Below, piece after piece: positions 50,662 to 62,245 of a stretch of 64,000 nt of DNA (position 1 is its first letter; the number at the start of each line of letters is the position of its first letter). This DNA comes from Iphione sp. A-MEVVRFRX5 (Eukaryota). The notes under the pieces were generated by a model that saw only the letters and a program-made list of their open reading frames with translations, ran no database searches and was not told the origin of the DNA. The DNA lies in NCBI GenBank assembly GCA_976226885.1, contig OZ320315.1, positions 42,036,001 to 42,100,000 of the forward strand, written 5' to 3'. The translations under genes were made by a program, and so were the position numbers.

Positions 50662-51909
50662 ACATACAGCTGATTACTGCCTAACCCAGACATCGTATTG
50701 GCCAACACAATGAATTGATCGCACTCTTATACAGAACAGTTTGATATTACGAATCTCAGGGTCAGTGTCGGCATACAGTGTAATAATATCAAGTTGCATT
50801 TCCTGTTTATAAACCATAATACAGGGGCCAGTAATGACTACATGTATATATGCTTAATAGAAGTAGATTCATGGAAATACTGCAGTCCAGCATCGAGGGG
50901 AATGTTCCGTCATCTTGTTTTAGCTTAATGACCGACCTCATGCTGCCCTTCATGCTCGGTTGGAAACCATGATATGCAGAGTTATGTTTCTAGGCGATGG
51001 GACAAGCTCAACAGGCCGGAGAAAGAAAGTGCACCATAGCCGAAGAAAACTGCCCCCCGTGTGTCCCTCCTACATATTGATCAGGGGGCAGATGTTGGTG
51101 CCCTGTAGTCGCTATCAGTAATAATACCCGTTAGGTTACAGCCTTGATCAATATGGTGACATACATCAGTAGGATTAGTGGAGTGCACAGCATTGGTCGG
51201 TAGTCCGGTAGAAAGTGGCAGTAGCACACTTCAACCCAACCACCGTTCAGACCATTGATCTGGAAGCCGGTGCCGTGATGTATCGCTTGCCCTGATTGGT
51301 TGTATGTACGTCGCTAGCAGTCCCTAGAGGCGCCCGGCACAAACCTCCCAACTTAGCACTACTCCGCGCAGCTCAGTGCTTGGCATGCAGCGGGCCCACT
51401 GCAGGGGGTCACTGGGAGAAGCTGGCAATGTTCCTGATGGATCACGTCTAAAATGGTCGTCGGGTTGACCGACGGCAGCCTCCGATTTCGTCAATGCTTA
51501 TTCATGAAAAGACTTTGGATGTTAGTAGTATTCCCCCGCTCCCCCGTGTGCTGTGACTCTAAAAATAAATATCACACACCGCAAGGCCGACTGCTACTGA
51601 TGTTCAATCTGTTTGAAGGCCGTCCCTTCGTTAGCAGCGCTTGTTGACACGTCTAGCCGCTTGGCAGCCAAGTGGGTCCGGTCTGATTGAGAAACACCCC
51701 TGCTTGATCACTGGTCCCTTGTCGACGGCCGTGTCCGGCACGCCACTTCTCATTCAAGCGGGCCCCACGTCCTAACTCCTCTCCCGCCCTCTCGGCCTGC
51801 GTACCTGACGGGCCTTAAGGGATAACACACCAACCAATCCCGAACTCACCACCGAACTCACTCTATCAAGCTCATTGCAGTCGACAACCCCTGCTTCTTG
51901 TGGAATATG

Positions 51910-52470
51910 ATTGGTATTCAAGGTCATGCTTTTTTGTTGGCTTTATAGCCAAGCCCTTGAAAATACCTTTGAGGTCACGTGTAATCAACGAGTGTCTCGC
52001 AATTGTACGTTTGGTTCCCCGGTAGTTGTATGGCTCCCATACTATTTATCTTAAAGGAAATATTCTAGTTGAAGACGTTTTCTCCAACTTCCTTTCTGGT
52101 AACTTGACGAAGTCTGCAGTCTAGCAGAAGATAAATTAGAGGACAATCCCTGAAAATAGCCCCTGATGAGTGCATGTCATCCAGTTGGTACATCACATGT
52201 CCTCTGGATTAGTCTGGAATTCGATGGACTCAGTGCGGGCGTACATGTCGCCAGCTGCTACCTCCATGTTCCCTCCCTCCCTCCCACCGTGCCTCCCTCC
52301 CCAAAGCTGGCATTCACTTGAGGTTCGTGCGAGGTAGGCGGTCTGCTAGGTCCGTGTAAGCTGCTGACCTATGACCTCCGAAAGTGTACCTGACCAGCGC
52401 CTGCCGCGTACCCAAAGTATGAAGGACCCGCCGAGGAATGAGGTAGCCACCCCCGCCAGCAGAAAGTGAT
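51910..52470 (-). mobile_element. Possible ORF2 relic, thumb to C-terminal region
   Basis: FLGGSF...RWSGTLSEVIGQQLTRT, then IFKGLAIKP-TKKHD-LEY (cf. YLGV.I...SW..HI..V..KA.RT, LYKSLIRP.LEY). Confidence 0.4.
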
Positions 52471-53689
52471 AGCACCCTGGAGATTGCCTTCAGCAGCTTG
52501 CATGATCCATGGCTGCCCAGTCGCCCTTAATCACCTGGAGAGGCCAGGCTGCAGCGGTACTACTAAAGAACCCTCTCGTGCTTCTGTTTCGGTCTCTGTA
52601 GCCATTGGTTGGAATGCTAGCCTCTTGTCTGGTTTGTCTCCATAGACTACGAGTGCATCGCCAAGTGATGGAGGGTTAGACTCCGTGAACGTATGCCTAG
52701 GCCTGCAAGGGTAAATGCCTCTAACTCAATTTGCAGTTGTTTTATGTATTCCACTCGGTAGCCTTCCGCCAGCATTGTCACTAAGTTTTATGTCGACACA
52801 GTGTGTTGTTCTGGCAGTCAGGGAATATTAAATTCATACATAAAATACAATTCTTCCTTCAGTTTACGGCATATGTAAAACACGTGAATATTGTCGTGAC
52901 AGTGAAAAGTAGTTCCTTAGAAAAAAGAGCCTGTGAATAGGTACACGATCTTACATGATAATCCGTAAAAATGGAAATTTTGGGATTGAGGACTTGGCGT
53001 GATCTGTACGCCATTATGGCAGCTTGAATTCCTGGAAAGGTAGGGTGCGGCTATGTCATTTAGGTAGACTCACACGTGCCAGTGTGGTCAACCTACTTGT
53101 CTGCTCAGCGACCCGAGTGATTGCCTGATTACCTGACGCTGTTATCAAACAGGTGCAGCCGTCCTCCCTTGGTCAGTGGCCCGGGGTCAGAGCCTCCTCT
53201 CCCTGGAGGCAATGCTATGTGGGAACTCCTTGAAAAGCAAGGCTGCTCTTGCAGCTCTACACCTACGAACACCGAAACGTCCTTTTGAGACTGATGTAAA
53301 TAATTCGCACATGGTATGTTAGTGTTGGTTTGGTTGTTATCGGGGATTAAATTTATGTTCAAATACTAATCGTTAAACCACGATACTAACTACAGGAATC
53401 TTCCCAGTAATGGAAATGAGTGGTAAATATTTTTCAGTTTCGGGGACTAAGAACTCAGGACCGTAGACTCCAGGAAACAGTCATCAGAAAAACGACGTTT
53501 CGAAAGAATAAATCACACAAAGCTAGCCAGATGATTCGTATTACTTTTTATGGAAGGCATAGCAATTAAAAGTGGATAGATTTACACCATTGTATGTTGC
53601 TTCGATATAAGAATCGTGAATTCGATATACTTATAAAATGTATAAGATTTCTGCTCGTGACCTTCTGGCGGAGCCGTGATGCTTAAAAC

Positions 53690-53947
53690 GTGCTAGACTA
53701 CCACGTTTTTAATGCTTCCTCTAAGGTTTTAAATGATCTCGTTCTTATCCCGACAGTCGTATTCGTCCTAGTGTTCGAGATGCGGAAATTTGAGTGCGAC
53801 ATTCTAATTTCAATATCAAGGATCAGCGCAGTATTCATGAAGTTCGATATGGAAGATCATCTCTTGGTGGTGAATCTCTCGCGCTATTGCCTACAAATAG
53901 AATTTAATTCTCTATCGCAGTCCGGGGAAAAGATTTGTTTCGGGTAA
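53690..53947 (+). mobile_element. Degenerate RT relic
   Basis: ISAVFMKFDMEDHLLVVNLSRY (cf. TGAVFLDLSKAFDMVDH.LLL.KLS.Y, with a short in-frame deletion). Confidence 0.55.
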
Positions 53948-54601
53948 TATGTCCATTAGTTTGAGTGTTCTCGGATGGGGTTGCGTTGAAGTCGTCCTTT
54001 AACATGACAACTGGAGCCCGCCCACCTCCTCCCTATGACCCCGGTTGACTGGCCACTAGACGATGGTCTTTATAGAAGGGGAGGGCCGCGCGCCCTGCAA
54101 GTCACTCTCGTGTCCTATAGCGCTGCCAGCGGGAAAAGGACATCTAATTGAGGCTGATGATTTATGGGCTGGCCGGACGCTCACATGGCCCGCGGTCGCG
54201 ACTTTGGCTGCCTAATGAGCCGTGAAATATTTCATTCTCAGTCTGCAATTTGCATGAAAGTGCGAAACAAAAGGCGCCGGACGGAAGGTTAAACGAGTGC
54301 GGTGAGCCCGACGGCAGTGCGGACGGTCGCCGACAGATGCGACAGGGCGCTGCCCCGTATCAAAAGTCATGCGTGTGTGATGATATCAGTGCTTGGGCAT
54401 TGTCGTGCGAAAGGTAGGAGCCGCGGACATCTGGCTGGGCCAGCCTTATCCGCTGGGACCGTCGCAGACCCAGAGGGAATCTGGCCGTCCACCTTAGACC
54501 GATGACCGATCCCTTGAGTTGACTTCTCCTGGTCAACTCGGGTCCCGTGGGACAGGCGACTGCTCTCTCCGATAACAAACTATAGGCCTTGCTCCTTGGA
54601 G

Positions 54602-55081
54602 CTACTTGTACTGTTGTATATGTTGTCCCTGGTTACACCAAACGAGCCGCTCAAGTGTTTTCTTTCTTTGGTTGGGGCCCACTCCAGCGACTTCGACCAA
54701 AGTGAGGGCACACTTAACAATGGAATCTACCAATCCGGTTATATCAGCGATGCGTAACTGTAAGCGTCCCCGACATCCTTCAAAGCTCATTCATCAAACT
54801 CAACCAACACCTGGCTGCGGGAGACCGTCCCTCTCGCTCTCAGTTTCCGAAACAAATTAGGCAGAAGGCCGCACCAAATGAAGCTCAAATTTTCCATCCA
54901 ACTTCAGCAGGACGGGGCAAACACCATCAACGTGTATTCTACGAGCTGCCGGAAAGGTGTAAAGGATTAGCCATGGGCTCAAGTAGGCTAGACCTACATG
55001 AATGACGTCCTGGTGACGGGCCTTCAATGGGACCGCAGGGGCAGAAAATGGGCCATCTGGGCGGACGAAGTCACCGCCCAC
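54602..55081 (-). mobile_element. Degenerate ORF2 relic
   Basis: DGVCPVLLKLDGKFELHL, then TLVEVAGVGPNQRKKTLERLV (cf. LGV..D.KL.F..HI, LEYAS.VW.P.QK...LERVQ). Confidence 0.5.
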
Positions 55082-55235
55082 AATGGCCTTTGATCCTCAT
55101 ATAACACGGTAGAAACGATGCACTTTCATTTTTTTAACTCTATGCATTATGAACTGGAGAATGAACTTCATCCGATATTATTGGGGAAAAAAAGCATTAA
55201 ACTTCGTAAGATATTGATCCACTAATTATTTGATA

Positions 55236-56865
55236 CACTGAAAAAATAAAGTTGTCCTGGCCTTGTCTCTGGTAACAAGTTTTGCCTTGTTCTGTTGACG
55301 GTCATACAATGTACAAGTTTAGCATTGTCGCTCAAAGTTTGTGACAAGGAATGTTGTCATAAACTTGTTAATATGACAAGGTGAAATTTGTCACTATGAA
55401 GGACTAAACTCGTCATAGGGTTGTCTCTAATGACAAGTTTTACCTCATCCTATTGACTGTCATACAATGTACAAGTTTAGCATTGTCGCTCAAAGTTTGT
55501 GACTAAGAGGTTGTCATAAACTTGTCAAAATAACAATTTTCCTTGCATGTGGAGCTACACACCATGCCTCATTGCTCACTTGACTAGGTGCTGCCACTGG
55601 CACTTGGTAACCCACCTCCTCACACCCAAATGAGGTTTTTAGAGGGGCCCAGATCAGGGACAGCCTAGATTGGATACCACCAGTAGTAGTCCAGCTCTAC
55701 ATAGAAGATCAGCAAACAGCAGCACCAGTGGACCTGCAACAGCTAGTGGCAAAGATTCATCAGCTTACACAAGTATTAATAAAGAATAAACATAAAAAGA
55801 CTTACCATAGTAGGATCCCAAATCATAAAAAGGGATTGGCAATCAACAACTTGGTAACACCTCAAAGAGTGAAGAGTCTTGTAAACACCCATTATATACA
55901 TCTGTACTATGGTTATGTACATCATGATGTATCACGATCATATGTTTTCATGAATTTAAGGTCCTAAACATCATGTAAAACCAAAACTGTAGTGAGACCT
56001 AAAGGACAATTTGACAAGTGTGTGACATGTTTATGACAAGACAGTACTGTCAGTTTGACTATACCATTGTCATACATCACCCTAAAAATTGTCATATAGA
56101 CAAACCACTGACAATGCCAAGATAACAAGCATCAAGGTGTACATAGTGATGTATTGCAATCGGATGTTTTCAAAGATTTAAGGTCCTTATCTTCATGTAA
56201 GACAAAATTCAATGCAACAGCAGTGTAGAGGATTTTTGGTATAAAGCACTTCCTTCTAGGACCATTTTAAAGGGACTCAGGGGACACCACCACCTCTACA
56301 GTATATCGTGATGTATCACGATCGCACGTTTTCGTAAATTCTAGGCCCTTAACCTCATGTAGCACAAAATCCAATGCCATAGTAGTGTAGAGGAGGTTCT
56401 TAGCTTCATTTTGGTATAAAGCACTTCTTTCTAGGACCATTTTAAAGGTATATAATGAGTTGATATGTTCACTCACCTCAGACAAGTGGCTCCTAACTCC
56501 ATAACTGTTTTTCAAGGTATGCCACACTTGAATTTGAATGATATGTTTTTCTTTCTTTCACAGATCTAAGGAATACCTTAATAGAGACTATAGTAATGCT
56601 ACTAATAATGCTCTATATTTCATAGTTGTATGTTTATTGATTTCCATGAAATAATGTGGGTTTAGGTTCTATCACTTTGCATTTAAAATAACTGTTGTAG
56701 TGAGACCTAAAGTACGATTTGACAAGTGTGTGACATGTTTATGACAAGACAGCACTGTCAGTTTGAATATACCATTGTCAATCATCATTTAGTTTGTCAA
56801 AAACTCAATGACAACCCTAAAAATTGTCATATAGACAAGACCAGGACAACTTCATTTTTTCAGTG
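55236..56865. mobile_element. Non-autonomous CACTA/EnSpm (CMC)-like DNA transposon, 1,630 bp
   Basis: TIRs of about 33 bp with 2 mismatches (CACTGAAAAAATAAAGTTGTCCTGGCCTTGTCT / AGACAAGACCAGGACAACTTCATTTTTTCAGTG). TA on both flanks, many subterminal TGACAA/TTGTCA motifs, internal duplications, and no transposase ORF. Superfamily assigned from CAC ends, the short TSD and subterminal repeats. Confidence 0.85.
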
Positions 56866-57949
56866 TAGACATTAGTGTTTTGACGTGTTTTACTTTTATC
56901 CAAATACATGTAGATGTACATGTACACGTATACCTATATTTCGTATGCGAGTCCATGCATCCTGTTATATATAACCAACTGCAAGCCCTATTTGTTCAGT
57001 TTGGGGATAGATCATTGTGTATTACTGGTCGTATTATCATATTCAGTATGGAATTATTCCCTGCTAATCGACGGATAACACCGACAGTTATAGCCCATGT
57101 CAAGCAAGGTCTTGCGACCTGCTTGCTCTCCATTGGTGGCGCTCGTGTCCGTCTGACCCTTCCTGGTCAATAACCTTGTTTGCAGTATTTTGCTGAGGCC
57201 TTACTCCTCTGATTGACGGTATCAGGGGAGTGGCCAGAGGTCAGTTCAGCACAGGCCCAAGGTCAGCCGCTGGTCACTGAGCATGTCACCAGAGTGAAGA
57301 TAATACCATCTCACGCCACTGGGCCATGCCCCATTCTCTGATTATGGAAACGAACTTCCCCTCTCCTTCCCAATCCCCATTACCATGGACCTTTTTTGTC
57401 TCCATTGTTTTCATTTTTGACAGGGAAGCACATAGCAACATGTCCTATTCTTGTTTCGATTTCATTCCTTGGCATTTGTATTTAACTGTAGTGATTAGCC
57501 TCATTTGCAGTTGGTTTTCCTGAACTAGAATCGGAAAGGTCAACTATAGATCTTTTTACAGGCGCACTAGTTGCACGCAAATTGGTTCTGCCATAATGAG
57601 CAGCCAGTGTCACTGAAAAGGAAACGCATCAAGTGGCACATCGCCGACTCATTATAAGTGAGCTTTCACACATCAACCAGCAGAAAGATGACATCTTTCT
57701 TAATAATTAAAACATGAACATGTAGATTGCAGACATCCTCGTTAAAGACTCAGAGTAAAGTGACCCGCTCAAACCTTAAATGATCAGTGTCTTTTGTTCC
57801 TTCGTGAAACCACTCCGTGCAAAAAAAAGAAAAATGGTGCAAGTTCAACAACACGTAAATCACAAATCCTGCAGCGATTGCCATTTCGCATGTCGTTCAT
57901 CATTGCCAAGGAAGCACAACTGATGGTTTCAATTATTTAACTCTTTCAG

Positions 57950-58116
57950 GTGGGAGGATCCTGATGGGCAAGAATTACCGGACACAGGTCGTATCCGTGT
58001 GGCCGAAGGCAAGCTGTACCTGTCGAACGCCCAGCCCGCCGACACAGGCAACTACACCTGCAAGGCCGAGAACATAGCTGGCATCAAGACGGGGACAGTC
58101 TGGATCGTCGTCTCAG
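57950..58116 (+). CDS. PTK7: PTK7-like exon, second half of Ig domain 4
   Basis: Acceptor CTCTTTCAG ends at 57949; donor GTAAGC at 58117. AG plus G gives Arg, then WEDPDGQELPDTGRIRVAEGKLYLSNAQPADTGNYTCKAENIAGIKTGTVWIVVS, with the Ig DxGxYxC motif; resembles PTK7 WWEHAGVRLPTHGRV...DAGVYTCHAANLAG. 167 bp; continues the previous exon in frame. Confidence 0.93.
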
Positions 58117-58290
58117 GTAAGCACGGTTGAGAGAATAAAAACATCCGGCAGATTTAAAGATCTGCCCCGAGATTATTAATGCCCTTCACAGTCCCCATAA
58201 AAACAAATACACTCTTGGTTTATTTTTGCACTTCGAGAATATATATTTCCATTTTGACTTTTTGCCAGTGGCCCCGCCCCCATATCTTGA

Positions 58291-58334
58291 CTTGAACTTG
58301 GCGGCCAACTTAGCCTTGAACTTGGCGGCCAACT
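58291..58334. repeat. 24-bp-period tandem duplication
   Basis: CTTGAACTTGGCGGCCAACT at 58291 and 58315. Confidence 0.9.
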
Positions 58335-58408
58335 AACACTTTGCTTTCTGGGGAATTGACAGATCGCCAAATCACGTCATGACGCAAGTAGCTGTGGCAC
58401 AATTTTAA

Positions 58409-58713
58409 GGCGCAGTTCAGATGTATCCGTAAAAAAACGTCTACAGGTCCGGGCACGTAAAATACCTCCTGCTGTGTTGTTCTTAAGGCTTCCATATGTA
58501 CAACAGCTGTTTCTTTCACTATAGAACTCTAGGGAAAACAGGTCCTTGTCCGAAAAAAATACCGTCAGCGACGGATTCAGAAAACGTCTACGGATCCGTA
58601 GACGTTTTCAATGGATGCATGTGAACCCTTTAGTAATACTACTATGGATGGTTAAAATCCGTCTATGGATCCGTAGACGTTTTGGAGAAATAAGGATGCA
58701 TGTGAATACCGCC
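58409..58713. mobile_element. PIF/Harbinger-like MITE, 305 bp
   Basis: TAA on both flanks (58406-58408, 58714-58716). Imperfect TIRs GGCGCAGTTCAGATGTATCC vs GGCGGTATTCACATGCATCC (reverse complement of the right end), with AAAACGTCTAC shared in both arms. Confidence 0.7.
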
Positions 58714-59532
58714 TAAGACGTAAACACCATCGTAGCATCCCTCTGACGTCATTGCGCGATGTGATCGGTCAATTGCTATGTAAATGAGGTAGTCTTACTT
58801 TGTTCATAAGGTCTCCTTGTCCAGACGTGTTGCAGAAGTTCTTTTGTTCATAACGCAAAAGGATCATTTACATATAAATATATCCTGGCCTTATTCTGAG
58901 TTGTAGACTTCTAATCTACAAGTACATGTACTTCCACCCAGTCCTTTTAGACACATTTCTTGAGCTTCCTTCAGTTTCCTTTTGCTGCAGTCAGACACGA
59001 GAAAGCGTTTGTTTTTAGATGGTAAGAAGTCGCAGCGATGGTGAGGATTACACCTCCGGAGACTGCTGTCATAGGATATGGATGCAAATATTACATTTTT
59101 CCTTTCATGCAATATAAGCCTCGCTGTTTTTGTTTTTTTTTTAAAATCAGATCCGTTTAGGATGTCTGCAGTTAATTAGCTGTTTCTACATTACACGATT
59201 ATTCTCAGTAGCTCTTATAGCCATGATTCATAATAATTGTCCAAGGTGGCTTTTTTGAAATTCTAAATAGAAAAATTACATTTCATGTTCCATAAAACCG
59301 TGAACGAAGACTCTAAAAGCCTCTCCGTGCACGACATCTGGTTTACGCCAGTTTGTTCCACTCAACTGGTTTGAAGAAGGAATCCAATCTTCCACAATTT
59401 TAATTAATACGGCACTGCCACTGGGAAAAAAAGCGGGGAGGTTTGCGGGATGCTCCAGCTAACTCCGATGATAGACCTTGCGTTGCCATGGTGAGTGAGT
59501 CTGTGCGGTGCACCGAACAATGCAGTCGGTCT

Positions 59533-60690
59533 CTAGGACTCATAATGACGCGCTGTCTGAATTAAATTCTTCATATGCAGAGGCGAGCGGGGGTGCAGGA
59601 TTACACTTGCAAGGGCATGGCGAGAAAACATGCTAGATTGTAAGACTGTCCTTGATATTTGTTTAGAAAAGAGACCTACTTGAATCTGCAATAAGATGAA
59701 GGTCCTTTGTAGCTGCACCTAAAGGTCTGATGCAATAAGCTTAGTACATGTATTTTAGAAAAAAAACCCTACAAGTTAAATATTTGTAAGCCTTTCGGAG
59801 GAATGTTATCCGAGATTTTTTTTTTCTAAAGTCACATAGAAAGCAGTTCTCTTTGTTAGTCATTAAAACACTTATATCCGCCTGAATTATGAGCTGCATC
59901 GTCAATATTAACATGATTATGAAAAATCACGATATTCATGTGGGCCTAGCGTGAAATCTGTAGTTACAGATCACATTTAAATTATACATTAATCCAGTGG
60001 AAAGGATGCATTCATCCAACCTTAGCCGCTATGTTATCAGATAGGCCCAGGCAACGGGCGCTCAACTGGGACCGCAAAGTCCATAACGGATAAATGCAGA
60101 TTAATTGACCTTGAGGGTGATGAAATTTTAATTTGAAATCAGGCGTGAGAGATGTCCACCCCGTTAGGAGTGACAAACTCGACTCGGACCGCCTCGTGAC
60201 TATCAGGCTTTCCGGACCCCGCACTCAACCCTGTAAGCAACCCAGGGAACTAGGTCGCTCCTCACCCTTCCTCAAGTTCATTTGCATAATCGGTTTGCTC
60301 TGCCTCCCGCAACGTTTCAATTAGCACAGGTCTCACCTGCCCATTGTCCACGACCCTTATCACGTCCGTAGGGCCCTGTTCCACTGCGTCAGCTTGTCCA
60401 CAGGTCGCTGCCCTGGACGCCCTCAAGCTCTTTTATTTCCAGTCGTTTCTCTCAGGGATGCGGGTATTCATGACTATCCCCGTCTTCCCATCTCTTCCCT
60501 TTATTCCACATCTATTGCATTTGCCGGTGTCATTTCCGTTAATACGGGAGGCCTTAAAAATTAACACCCTCAGCCTGCCGTAAGGGCCACCGGGTGAAAT
60601 AATGGGGTGGAAGTATGAACTGTTTGGCTCCCACTCCAAGCCACTCCTGCTAGTGCTGATGGTGGCAAGCGGCAATGCCCTTATCGACAC
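59533..60690 (-). mobile_element. Degenerate ORF2 relic, collinear over 1.15 kb
   Basis: LIFKAS...KCNRCGIKG; LTGWTS...FKLKFHH; LFSKQISRTVLQSS...VILHP. The order matches RT domain 3, domain 6 and the C-terminal region. Confidence 0.5.
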
Positions 60691-61106
60691 TAGGGCCTAG
60701 GTCCACGTTGTGCCACGCCAATGTGGACGCATAGATAACGCTTCTGGGGTTACATGACTCAGCAATACCTAACAAGCAGTCGCCATACCCTCGCCATATG
60801 CAGACGCGCCGTAATGCGGACGCCAGTGTGATAACCACTGCTGCTTCGACTGGAGTTCCATTTAAGCCTGTGTTTCAACACTCAGTTAAGCTCGTTAATA
60901 CATCTGAGTCACACAAATCATCGCAGTTAAAAAAATGAATTAAACAGTCCCATGTATTTACTTCTTTTTCATTTGATCTCAATATTTTGGTGGGTCCACG
61001 TTTATTTCTGTGTAGTTGCTTCATTTCCTATCTGATTCGAAGCGAAAGAAAACGAAAACTAATCCTCTAAAAATCACTGTTTGATCTGTCATTTCCAAAT
61101 TATTTC

Positions 61107-61367
61107 TTGCCTACGTCTCATTTGTTTAATTTCTTCCACTCGTTTCCCTGTTCTTACAATGGGCAAACAGTGGGAATCACCAATCACGCCGAGATGAATT
61201 GTACCCATATTGGGCAGCAATCGGGGAAGACTGGATCCCTGCGGCACTGGCTTGGCCACCGGGGACTGGAGCCGCCGTCGACTAGACACCAACCTGTGGT
61301 TTGGGTCGTGGCCAGGATCAAGCAGGCCGTGAAATTACTAATTCCTCCTGGGATTTTTATCTATTAG
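61107..61367 (+). mobile_element. Degenerate RT relic
   Basis: GKTGSLRHWLG...STRHQPVV (cf. GITG.L.HWL.SFL..R.Q.VV). Confidence 0.45.
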
Positions 61368-61966
61368 TCTCTCTTGATTTTTATTGCTTTATTTGTTGGC
61401 CATGAAATAAGGGGCCTGGGAACGAGTGGGTTAGAGGTTTGCCCACAGCCTCGGTCGCGATTGTCAGCTATTGTCAAATTGTGACGGGAGGACATGGAGG
61501 AACTGGTGCTGCTGGCTGGGTAAGTGGTATCCATGGCCAGACTGTAATCAATCAAACTGGGGAAAATGCTGTCAAACCATCCTCTAATAATCAGTAAACG
61601 ATAACACCGAGGAAGACGACGCGAGGACCAAGGGGATCAAATGTCGCTTTATGTGACACAACACTGCCTACCGGATAATACGTCATGGTTGTTTCCTTCT
61701 GAAAAGAACGTAACAATGAATGATGGATCAACATTTGTTGAATTGCAATTTGTTAGAACAAACGTTCTCTGCCAGCATTCATGAGAAACTATTACCCTCT
61801 GAGCCACAGTGATTGTTCCACCGGATCCCCTTTCAGATTTTTTTCCCTCTTGCCCGAAACGAAAGTCCAGGCGGAAAAATAAATCAGTTACCACTTTTCA
61901 GTTGACTTCTCCGTTTAGAGTGATGCCCGCCAAATCCATTGTAATTCTGTCGGAAACTACGGTAGT

Positions 61967-62245
61967 TTGTTTATATTTGACCGAGGTTGTTTAAACGTTG
62001 CCTCGCCTCTGGTAAGTCCTTCATGTAATGGTACAATGTGTGTTCGCGAGCGAGAGAGAGCTGTTGGCTACGACCTCTTGAGGAGGTGCAGGTCAAGTGG
62101 AGCAGGAGGGCTAACTCATCCTCACTGCTCCAGCCTCTCCTTGAGGAGATACCCTATCGCACTCTCTGGAGCACCACTCTGTAACCACAGCCGATATGGA
62201 AATGCTAACTCACGGTCACCATTACTCCATATTATGTCGTGTTAG
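61967..62245 (+). mobile_element. Possible RT relic
   Basis: VGYDLLRRCRSSGAGG (cf. VDHDLLLRKL.SYGI.G). Single motif. Confidence 0.35.

Larger units (their letters stand above)
24029..57949 (+). other. GT-AG intron, about 33.9 kb, phase 2, contains the assembly gap
   Basis: Joins the Cys-containing and Trp/Cys-containing halves of one Ig domain in frame; true length depends on the gap estimate. Confidence 0.8.

Noticed and set aside
52300-52600. DIRS tyrosine-recombinase fragment
   Set aside because: No HSFR.GGAT or equivalent in any frame; a LINE thumb-region reading fits better.
53670-53700. Group II intron domain 5 (GAGCCGTGATGC)
   Set aside because: The 3-prime half of D5 is missing.
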